In this document: piece after piece, positions 1 through 7,399 of the stretch
How the letters are laid out: each line of letters begins with the position of its first letter
Position numbering within the stretch: the first letter of the stretch is position 1
NCBI RefSeq assembly: GCF_006345805.1
Contig: NW_021828403.1
Coordinates: forward strand, 1-8,538
Direction: 5' to 3'
Source of the DNA: Octopus sinensis
Lineage: Eukaryota
Length of the DNA stretch: 8,538 nt
Made by a program: the position numbers and the translations under genes
The notes under the pieces: model-generated
Told to the model about the DNA's origin: nothing
Database searches by the model: none
The model's input: the letters and a program-made list of their open reading frames with translations, nothing else

Positions 1-5
1 GTCTG

Positions 6-6
<1 letters not shown>

Positions 7-46
<40 letters not shown>

Positions 47-52
47 GTGATG
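7..52. repeat. (GAT)n trinucleotide microsatellite
   Basis: Directly visible run of GAT units, with one GGT interruption near the end. Confidence 0.97.
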
Positions 53-341
53 AAGAGAGTGTGAAACGAAATAGGGGGGAAGTAACAGGAATAACCACAA
101 CATCAACAACAACAATATCAACAACGAACATGTTTAACACACAATAACGACTCCAACAGTAACAAGAACAACGAAATACACACACACACACATACACGTA
201 TATGTATGTACGAAACATAAACCTCACCTCGAGGGAGATACGAGCTGAATGTCTAATATGTAAGAAATAGCAGCCAAATGTCCCTGAAAACCATCCCAAA
301 ATAAGGAGCGTAAACATTAGATATATTTTCTTTTAGCAACA

Positions 342-519
342 GGCGAAGGAGTGGCTGTGTGGTAAGTAGTTTGCTTACCAACCACATGGTTCCGGGTTCA
401 GTCCTACTGTGTGGCACCTTGGGCGAGTGTCTTCTACTATAGCCTCGGGCCGACCAAAGCCTTGTGAGTGGATTTGGTAGACGGAAACTGAAAGAAGCCC
501 GTCATATATATATGTATAC

Positions 520-580
<61 letters not shown>

Positions 581-790
581 GTGTGTCTGTGTTTGTTCCC
601 CCAACATCGCTTGAAAACCGATGCTGGTGTGTCTTCACGTCCCCGTAACCTAGTGGTTCGGCAAAAATTGGCTCGATAGAATAAGTACTAGGCTTACAAC
701 AAAGAATAAGTCCTGGGGGTCGATTTGATTCGACTAAAGGCCTGTGCTTCAGCATGGCCGCAGTCAAAATGACCTGAAACAACTAAAAGA
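342..790 (+). mobile_element. Full-length tRNA-derived SINE, CORE-like (octopus OR-type), with internal (TA)n/(TG)n microsatellite
   Basis: Pol III A-box TGGCTGTGTGG (352-362) and B-box GGTTCAGTCC (395-404). CORE-like segment CTGTGTGGCACCTTGGGCGAGTGTCTT (~407-433). Microsatellite at 504-586. The 3' module (~587-790: GATGCTGGTGTG..CGTCCCCGTAAC..GATAGAATAAGTAC..CAGCATGGCCGCAGTC..GAAAC) recurs at 3495-3742, 5827-5910, 7702-7920 and 7981-8113. Family name is from recall. Confidence 0.88.
352..404 (+). promoter_or_regulatory. Internal RNA polymerase III type-2 promoter (A box and B box) of the SINE
   Basis: TGGCTGTGTGG resembles TGGCNNAGTGG; GGTTCAGTCC resembles GGTTCRANNCC; spacing is tRNA-like. 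Confidence 0.75.
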
Positions 791-1078
791 GAACAGATGT
801 CTCTGGAAAAACATGGCTATGTCATGCGGGTGAATGATTTTCGATCATGGATTTGTACCACCACGATTGACCTGGGGTTAAACGATGACAGCGACGATGA
901 CAACGATGACGATATCACTAACGACAATAACAATTAACGATGACAGAATTCTCGCTGCTACCAATTTTTATGTTGTAGAATAGATTATCACACATGTTCT
1001 TTCATGGTCTCCACTCCAAATAAATACTCGGCCGTGTACGAAGGAAGGGAAACCGCGCGCAAGCGCTCACTGAGATAC

Positions 1079-1115
1079 GCACGCACTCAAGCACGCACGC
1101 ACGCACGCACGCACA
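1079..1115. repeat. (GCAC)n tetranucleotide microsatellite
   Basis: Visible GCAC repeats. Confidence 0.85.
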
Positions 1116-1286
1116 CATGCATATAGGCGTTTGTGTGTGTGTTTGTATGTGAGTGCGCTGTGTTTTCATATCTGTTTAATACGTGATGCTGTGAGTACAT
1201 GTATGTGTATGCATATAATTATGATTCTATATTGTATCCGAGGAGCGTATGTACGTATGCATCTAGTTTATCGATCGATACATATT

Positions 1287-1290
<4 letters not shown>

Positions 1291-1327
<37 letters not shown>

Positions 1328-1349
1328 CCTCTCTCTCTCTCTCTCTCTG
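1291..1349. repeat. (CT)n microsatellite, interrupted
   Basis: Two CT runs separated by CATCATC. Confidence 0.95.
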
Positions 1350-1418
1350 CCCTGTATGTTATATACACACATGTAATATATACTTATGCATATAAACACA
1401 CACACACATCTGTATATA

Positions 1419-1437
1419 TTTCGTAAACTTTCCCTTT
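1419..1437 (+). mobile_element. 19-bp 3'-terminal stub of the hammerhead-bearing (TA)n-associated element
   Basis: TTTCGTAAACTTTCCCTTT+(TA)n matches the reverse complement of 8133-8151 (TTTCGTTAACTTTCCCTTT+(TA)n) with one mismatch, and has the same (TA)n junction. Confidence 0.6.
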
Positions 1438-1453
1438 ATATATATATATATAT

Positions 1454-1515
1454 GATTGATTGATTGATTGATTCCAGTTTCAGCTCACGAGCTGTGGCCA
1501 TGCTGGGGCACCGCC
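1454..1515 (-). mobile_element. 3'-tail fragment of a SINE/LINE related to the SINE 3' module, with (AATC)5 tail
   Basis: Reverse complement GGCGGTGCCCCAGCATGGCCACAGCTCGTGAGCTGAAACTGG(AATC)5 matches GGCGGTGCTCCAGCATGGCC.CAG...GAAAC of the other copies. Confidence 0.8.
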
Positions 1516-1541
1516 ATACACACACACATATACAAAATTAT

Positions 1542-1633
1542 AATAGCAGTCAAAACTTGACTCTAAAACCACATTAAATGTTCATATATATGAACATTTA
1601 ATGTGGTTTTAGAGTCAAGATTTGACTGCTATT
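1542..1633. repeat. 92-bp spacerless palindrome (46-bp arms, one mismatch) centred on a (TA) run
   Basis: Base-by-base pairing i+j=3175 holds from 1542/1633 to 1587/1588, except A1555/A1620. Confidence 0.97.
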
Positions 1634-1766
1634 TCCAGCGTGGAGGTATCTCTTAACTACCCTAAATAATAATTTTTAAATAATTATTACCTTTGAAAGT
1701 TTTCATTCTCATGCTGTCATGCTGACCACCTTATAAGATCGGTATTTAAAAAACTGATTGTATCCT

Positions 1767-1769
<3 letters not shown>

Positions 1770-1842
<73 letters not shown>

Positions 1843-1968
1843 TATATATATATATATATATATATATCACATATACATATATATACATACACAATATATA
1901 TATATATCTATATATAATATATATATATATATATAATGTATATAAAATATATATGTATATATGTATAG

Positions 1969-2035
<67 letters not shown>

Positions 2036-2125
2036 TAATATATTAATAATTAATTAATTTTGCCCTCAATTGTTGTATATATTATATATATATATATATA
2101 TGTATATAATATATATATATATATA
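1770..2125. repeat. Long compound (TA)n microsatellite
   Basis: Visible (TA)n with scattered interruptions and one short unique island (~2043-2075). Confidence 0.97.
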
Positions 2126-2550
2126 GAGAGAGAGAGAGTAGATAGATAGCTAAATAGATAGATACATAGATAGATAGATATTCAAAAATATATACACATG
2201 TATGCTTATATGTATTATATGCTTATATACATACATACATACATACATACATACATACATACATCCATACATACATATTTGTATATATATATATATATTA
2301 TATACACATACATACACACACTTATATAAACATGCATGTGTACCTATATGTATATTGACATTATTTACGTATTTACATATACAAATGTACTCATACATAA
2401 GCATATACGAACATATATATATATAAACACATACATATACACATATGTACGTGTGTGCCTGTATGTATGTACATACATGTGTATATGTGTGTATGTACGT
2501 ACATGTGTGTATGTACGTACATGTGTGTATGTGTGTGTATGTATGTGTAG
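2126..2550. repeat. Compound (GA)/(TAGA)/(TACA)/(TG) microsatellite field
   Basis: Visible successive di- and tetranucleotide arrays. Confidence 0.9.
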
Positions 2551-2944
2551 ATAGCAGAGAAAGAAAGACGAAGCAGCCACCAATCCAATTGGTAAGCGAT
2601 TCGTTAATTTACAAAATCAATCCGGTTTACATCGTTAGACAGATCGATAGGTTCCAAAGTTGAAATAAAGACAATTCAGACTGCAGTGATTGGAATGTGG
2701 GGAGAAGAACAGACAGATCGATGATACGCAGAGTATATATGTAAGCATGCTTGTCTTCGTATGCATATGTGTACAAACATGCATACATACATATATATAC
2801 ATGTATGTGTGTGTGTGTGTGCATGTGAATATTAAGAATATGTCTGAAACAGCTGTAGTGAAATTGAGTTCATCTATGTGAAATATATATCACATATATA
2901 TTGGAAGCTAGCTAGATAAAATAATCTACATATATCTGCAAACG

Positions 2945-3042
2945 CACATGCACACACACACACAGTCATTCTCTCTCTCTTCCTCTCTCTCTCTCTCTCT
3001 TTCTATATATATATATATATATATTTCCATTTATGCACACAC

Positions 3043-3086
<44 letters not shown>

Positions 3087-3089
3087 ATA
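2945..3089. repeat. Compound (CA)/(CT)/(TA) microsatellite
   Basis: Directly visible. Confidence 0.92.
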
Positions 3090-3287
3090 GCGAGAATTCA
3101 CAAAAACCAAAAGACGAAGACAGGTGGTGTAGATAACAAACATATGTATTAGTATAAAGCTCGGGAAGGGAAAAAGTCTTTAACGTTTCGAGCCTACGCT
3201 CTTCCGCAGAAAGGAACACAGAAAGAAACAAGGAGAGAAAATATAGAATGTGTAGTGGCTAGCGATCTGTCATGGCGAATGCCGGAA
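3090..3287 (-). mobile_element. ~200-bp non-autonomous element carrying a hammerhead-like motif (Penelope-like/retrozyme-like), copy A
   Basis: Colinear homology with 8134-8342 (AAAAGACGAAG.CAGGTGG..ATGTATTAGTATA.GCTC.GGAA..ACGTTTCGAGCCTACGCTCTTC.GCAGAAAG..ACAAGGAGAGAAA..CTA.CGATCT.TCATGGCG). TA-rich tracts on both sides. PLE affinity is inferred from the hammerhead architecture. Confidence 0.75.
3178..3213 (-). ncRNA. Minimal type I hammerhead-ribozyme-like motif (core variant CUGCGGA)
   Basis: Minus strand: CTTT-CTGCGGA-A-GAGC(GTAG)GCTC-GAA-ACGT-T-AAAG. Stem I CTTT/AAAG, stem II GAGC/GCTC, palindromic ACGT stem III, GUU cleavage triplet. Confidence 0.62.
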
Positions 3288-3494
3288 TATATGTATGTAT
3301 GTACGCATGTATGTATGTATGTATGTATTTTATGTACGTATGTATGCATATATGTATGTATATCTATGTATATGTATATATATGCATATATATACATATA
3401 TATATATGCACACATACACACATATGAACTGTATATGTATATATATATATGTGTGTGTGTGCGCGCGTGTGTGTGTGTGTGTGTGTGTTCGTGT
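3288..3494. repeat. (TATG)/(TA)/(TG) compound microsatellite
   Basis: Directly visible. Confidence 0.92.
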
Positions 3495-3742
3495 ATGCGT
3501 TTGTTTCACTCATTCACCCACCTCTTGACAGCCAGAGTCAGTTTGTTTACGGTTCCGTAACTTTGCGGTTCACCAAAAAAAAACAAAAAAAAAACACTGA
3601 TCGAGTGAGTACCAGAAGCTTAAATAAAATCTTTTTTTTCTTTTATAAATAAGTACTGAACTCAATTCATTCAACTGAAATCATTCAAGACGTTGCCCCA
3701 GCAGGGCCGCAGTCCAAAGAATAAAACAAGTAAGAGAATCAA
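3495..3742 (+). mobile_element. Diverged copy of the SINE 3' module
   Basis: TTGACAGCC..TTTGTTTACGGTTCCGTAACTTTGCGGTTC..AAAA..GAGTACC..AATAAGTACTG..ATTCATTCAACT..GCCCCAGCAGGGCCGCAGTC..AAACAAGTAAGAG is colinear with 587-790 but more decayed, and has A/T-run expansions. Confidence 0.72.
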
Positions 3743-4009
3743 AGAACAAACAGCTAGTTGCCTAATAATGTCTAGACAGACGCTTTTTTAAGGAATATGG
3801 AACACGATTAGTCTTATTAGCGCCATCATTGAAATAAACGTGTAAGTGTGTGCGCATGCGTCGTCAGTCTCTTACGCCATGTCCTACTTTTGTCGTCTTT
3901 TCTGGGCTACGCCAAACGAAATTTTTTTGCGAAAAGTTATCTCTCCCGTTTTAATATCTCGTTTATAGTGTATCGAGTCTATGTTTCGTCTCTGAATATT
4001 TCTTACCTG

Positions 4010-4145
4010 TCTGCGTATCTTCCGGCCTAACTACCTACCCACGTCACAATCTACCTAACTTCTCACTTACCCACCTATCTACCTACACAAACATACCTTC
4101 TTAAAAACTACCACCCGTCTTTCTATCCATCTTTATACCTGCCAG
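4010..4145. repeat. Degenerate (CCTA/TCTA)n low-complexity tract
   Basis: Repeated CTAC/CCTA/TCTA units. Confidence 0.6.
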
Positions 4146-4312
4146 TCTGTCTTTTTTTTTCTTTTCGTTATTATTATTATTTACCTGTTACCTGTCTTTA
4201 AAACTAGTTGGCAATCTGCCCACCTTTCCCCGACGACCTACCTTTCCACTATTTCATGCAATTATTTTGACCTTCTTTTCTTACGTGATTTGTTTTACAG
4301 ATGCGAACTGGT

Positions 4313-4470
4313 TATCATCATCATCATCATCATCATCACCATCACCACTACCATCATCCTCATCAACATCATCATCATAGAATTCACCGTCATCATCATT
4401 GTCGTCGCCATAATCTTCCTGATCGTCGTGTTTGTCGTCGTCATCTTCATTTTCATCACCAACATCATCA
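4313..4470. repeat. Degenerate (CAT/CGT)n trinucleotide array
   Basis: Visible CAT repeats; source of the spurious poly-His/Ile/Met ORFs. Confidence 0.92.
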
Positions 4471-4554
4471 GCCTATCACTTTTGTCGTTATTTTTATCGT
4501 CACTGTAATTTTCACATACACACACACAAAGACATACAAACATACATGCATATA

Positions 4555-5021
4555 GTTGAAACATTCCTGTCACAACCTGGGACCTTGAAGACTGCTTAAA
4601 TGCAAGAAAGTATACTGGTCCCTTAATATTTGATATTCAATATTTCATCTATTCAATAAGACAATCAATACTTCATTTCATTTTACTATATATACTATTT
4701 ATACGATATATATTCTATATCCTGTATTAATATTGTAAGAATATAAATAAAACATAAAAAACAGACAGAGTTGGAATTCCTTTGAATAATATATATCCCT
4801 CTATATACAATCATACAAACCCCTGTACCGTTGGCGATTTTCTTTCCTCTATCTTCCCTTCTCTGGATCTTTCTTTCTCCTATGTTTCCGACGAAGAGCT
4901 CCGCTCGAAACGTTAAACCCTCCTTCTTTCCTTCTTTCCTGAGCGTCCAATAATACTACATTTGTTCCACGTCCTCACGTTGTTGTGTTTTTTTTGTGCT
5001 TTCATGTTTGGATTAACTAAC
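4555..5021 (+). mobile_element. Second subfamily of hammerhead-bearing (TA)n-associated element, copy B (5' boundary uncertain)
   Basis: Shares TTTC.G..GAAGAGC...GCTCGAAACGTTAAA, TTCC.GAGC..TAATAC...TTTGTT and TTAACT+(TA)n with the reverse complements of copies A and C. Homology is clear for ~4850-5021; extension to 4555 rests on the TATA flank and recall of octopus repeats. Confidence 0.6.
4884..4918 (+). ncRNA. Minimal type I hammerhead-ribozyme-like motif (core variant CCGACGA)
   Basis: GTTT-CCGACGA-A-GAGC(TCC)GCTC-GAA-ACGT-T-AAAC. Stem I GTTT/AAAC, stem II GAGC/GCTC, ACGT palindrome, predicted cleavage after T4914. Confidence 0.65.
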
Positions 5022-5044
5022 TATATATATATATATATATACAT

Positions 5045-5110
<66 letters not shown>
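5022..5110. repeat. (TA)n microsatellite
   Basis: Directly visible, with a short CA interruption. Confidence 0.97.
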
Positions 5111-5112
<2 letters not shown>

Positions 5113-5686
5113 TGTCTGAAGATCGCAGTGTCGTGAAGCGCGAATCACAAGGAAAAGATTTAATTTTAAATAAGAATTATATATATCAAAATATTACATA
5201 GGCACACACACAGACGCATTCAAAATACATTTATAGATAGAAATAAACATACATTAGTACAAACATCTATACAAACGTTGAAGACTAATAAGACGAAGCG
5301 GTAAGAAAACAGTTGAGAATTTCTCTCGTGTGTAACCGTGTTTTATGTTTATCTTCTTTGTGACACCTTGGTGCTACCGTAACTTATCGTAACCTTTGTC
5401 TCATCTTGTACTCGTATGTGAAGGTCGACGCATTGTAGTTACTGTTAGAACTTTAGTGTGACTGCATCAAACAAACCTAGAATCGCCAGTTTTTCAGTCA
5501 GTAATGCACTGATCTTTTTATATATATCTAGGCTTACATTGTTCAGTATGTCCTTCATTTTTTTAAGACAATAGAAGTGTGATTTGTAGGTGATTAGGTT
5601 TTTATTTCTAGCAATTCAAACAAACATGTAGAACTGCCTTCTTTGCTTACAGACGTAATGCCTTAAACAAAAACATTAAAAAAGTG

Positions 5687-5826
5687 GGATCTTTTCGGTT
5701 TGAACGGCAGTTTTTAAAAATAATTTCTAGTTAACTAAACACTTTTAAACTTCGTATACTGGTAGAATGTGTTTATAAAACATCTTTTTCTCTTGGATTT
5801 TTTGAGAAAACTCTATCGTTTGTAAG
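5687..5826. mobile_element. Probable single terminus of a MITE / non-autonomous DNA transposon (GGATCTTTTCGGTTTGAACGGCAGTTTTT...)
   Basis: Recognised from recall as the terminal inverted repeat and subterminal region of an abundant octopus MITE. The partner TIR is not in this window, so the call cannot be shown from the sequence alone. Confidence 0.45.
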
Positions 5827-5915
5827 GACTTATTCTATCGCTTTCTTTTGCCGAACCTTTAAGTTACGGGGACGTAAACACACCAGCATCGGGTATCAAA
5901 CACAGACACACAAAG
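5827..5915 (-). mobile_element. Truncated SINE 3' module
   Basis: Reverse complement TGTGTCTGTGTTTGATACCCGATGCTGGTGTGTTTACGTCCCCGTAACTTAAAGGTTCGGCAAAAGAAAGCGATAGAATAAGTC matches 580-690 and 7815-7910, with a ~20-bp internal deletion. Confidence 0.88.
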
Positions 5916-6051
5916 ATATACATATATACATACACACCACACACACACCATACATATATACATGCATACATACATACATGCATACATACATACATACATG
6001 CATACATACATACATACATACATACATACATACATACATACATACATACAT
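5916..6051. repeat. (TACA)n/(CA)n microsatellite
   Basis: Directly visible. Confidence 0.96.
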
Positions 6052-6267
6052 AGGAGCACGACGAAGGTCCCAGTTGATCCGATCAACGGAATAGCCTGCT
6101 CGTGAAATTAATGTCCAAGTGGCTGAGCACTCCACAGACACGTGTACTCTTGATGTAGTTCTCAAGGAGATTCAGCGTGGCACAGAATGTGACAAGGCTG
6201 GCTCTTTGAAGTACAGGTACAATTTATTTTTGCCACCTGGGTGGACTGAAGCAACGTGAAATAAAAT
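6052..6267 (-). mobile_element. Body of a second SINE family lacking its tRNA head
   Basis: GC-richer block. Reverse complement TTTATTTCACGTTGCTTCAGTCCACCCAGGTGGCAAAAAT..GTACCTG resembles the central-domain motif (..CAGTCCACCCAG..AAAT..GTACC) of metazoan SINE superfamilies. Recognised from recall as an octopus SINE; no second copy in the window. Confidence 0.6.
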
Positions 6268-6613
6268 GAAATCAACGCTGAAAGGTTCCATTATATTTAA
6301 GGATTATGATGAAAACCTCCATCTTCATTGCTGGATACGTCTCTTGTGGAGAATTAACCAAGAATATGTCAATCAGGGGTATAAACCTTGCAAGTTACAG
6401 ATACTTCAAATAGCTTCTCAGAATTAGTTCCGAATTAAAAGAGTTGCTTCGACACAAAATTCTAGAAAAATAGTTGTGTATCATCTTTGTCTTATAATGT
6501 AACAAAAATATGACAGTGAAGAGAACTACGTACTTTGGAGATTTCAAGAATTACGAAGAAAAAGACCTGAAGTTTTCCTCATAAAATTATGCTTACATAG
6601 AATTAACAATTTA

Positions 6614-6897
6614 CAGCACGGATTCTCAACAAGCGTCCATATGACCCTAAGGAGGTCTATGTGGTCTTTAGCCGGTCCATGTGGTCTTTAGGGATCCATA
6701 TGGCCCCTAGGAGTGTATATAAGGTTTTGTTGTTAAAATTTATGTTTAAGAAATTGGTTATAAGTCTATAATGGACAAAATATTTCTACAACTTGTTTTA
6801 ATACAGTTCCTAATGATGCTTAATTATAAAAATAGGGTCTACCATGTAAAATAGGAACCAGGGGCTCCATAGATAAAAAATAATAATTTAGAAACTG
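6614..6897. mobile_element. Decayed hAT-like MITE with degenerate TIRs and subterminal repeats
   Basis: Left end CAGCACGGATTCTCAAC resembles CAGYGGTTCTCAAC-type hAT TIRs; right end TTTAGAAACTG is a degenerate complement. GGTCCATA-like motifs occur at both subtermini (6633-6710, 6836-6872). No clear 8-bp TSD. Confidence 0.45.
6633..6710. repeat. Four tandem ~19-20-bp quasi-palindromic units
   Basis: GCGTCCATATGACCCTAAG / GAGGTCTATGTGGTCTTTAG / CCGGTCCATGTGGTCTTTAG / GGATCCATATGGCCCCTAG. Confidence 0.85.
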
Positions 6898-7081
6898 GTT
6901 TACACTATTTAATTCTGTGTCTCTGAATCAGGAGAACAAATCCCTCTCTGGTCGTCTTTACTCTTCAATTTCCCTGGGATCCATTAAATAAGGAACTTCC
7001 CTTCAAGTGTTAGGAATTGATGAATTCGATTTTGCTTCCACAACCTCCCTGTAAATGCATTCGTTGTCTTCTGTATATATT

Positions 7082-7399
7082 CATCATCATTGTTCGACCA
7101 CGGTCGAGACAATGGAATTTACTATGCTACGCCAGACTTCACGGTCCATCATAGCATTACGGAAGTCCTGTTGCTGGATGCCTGTATCTGGAGATTACAT
7201 CAGGGTAGGAGAGTGTGCGCCCTTTGGTATCGCGAGTAGATGGCTTCCAGAAGAGAAGAGCAGAAATTACCTCGTTTTCAGCTCTACAACAATGTCCAGC
7301 AAACTGGACTCTTCTACCTTTCACAAGAGATGATACAGGTGGTAGTTTCCCATATATTTGAACTTTGGTTGGATGACGCTTCCACGAGAGGTTTTGAGC
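7082..7399 (-). mobile_element. 5'-truncated RTE-clade LINE: C-terminus of ORF2, frameshifted, with (TGA)n tail
   Basis: Translates RAQNLSWKRHPTKVQIYGKLPPVSSLVKGRRVQFAGHCCRAENEVISALLFWKPSTRDTKGRTLSYPDVISR, then after a frameshift near 7190 DTGIQQQDFRNAMMDREVWRSIVNSIVSTVVEQ***. The W..H.T...Y..LP......RR..AGH and DR..WR motifs are typical of the RTE post-RT region. Perfect TSD TCTGTATATATT at 7070-7081 and 7400-7411. Confidence 0.9.

Noticed and set aside
264-279. GAAATAGCAGCCAAAT matching the reverse complement of 1620-1635 (15/16)
   Set aside because: A 15/16 match is expected a few times by chance in an AT-rich 8.5-kb self-comparison; it may be a dispersed repeat motif but cannot be supported here.
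342-410. Functional tRNA gene
   Set aside because: A and B boxes are present but no acceptor stem or cloverleaf closes, and the sequence continues into SINE body; it is a tRNA-derived SINE head.
2551-2591. Possible 41-nt exon (tgtag|ATAGCAG...CAATTG|gtaagc)
   Set aside because: Good donor, but the acceptor lies in a TG/TA microsatellite with no polypyrimidine tract, and the peptide is unrecognisable; needs RNA-seq.
5114-5147. CTGAAGA...GAA as a fourth complete hammerhead
   Set aside because: No stem III or NUH triplet can be formed and stem II is only 3 bp; kept only as a low-interest lead.
375-6165. Most ORFs in the six-frame track (poly-YI, CV, HT, MYVC, poly-His/Ile/Met)
   Set aside because: They are translations of (TA)n, (TG)n, (TACA)n and (CAT)n microsatellites or of SINE sequence, which lack stops by construction; no protein-like composition.
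6295-6600. Short open frames (e.g. DYDENLHLHCWIRLLWRINQEY..., EENYVLWRFQELRRKRPEVF...)
   Set aside because: Under 50 aa, with no recognisable domain and no convincing splice sites.
6633-6710. CRISPR-like array
   Set aside because: Units are directly adjacent with no unique spacers, and the context is eukaryotic.
7055-7333. 92-aa plus-strand ORF
   Set aside because: It is the antisense frame of the RTE LINE fragment.
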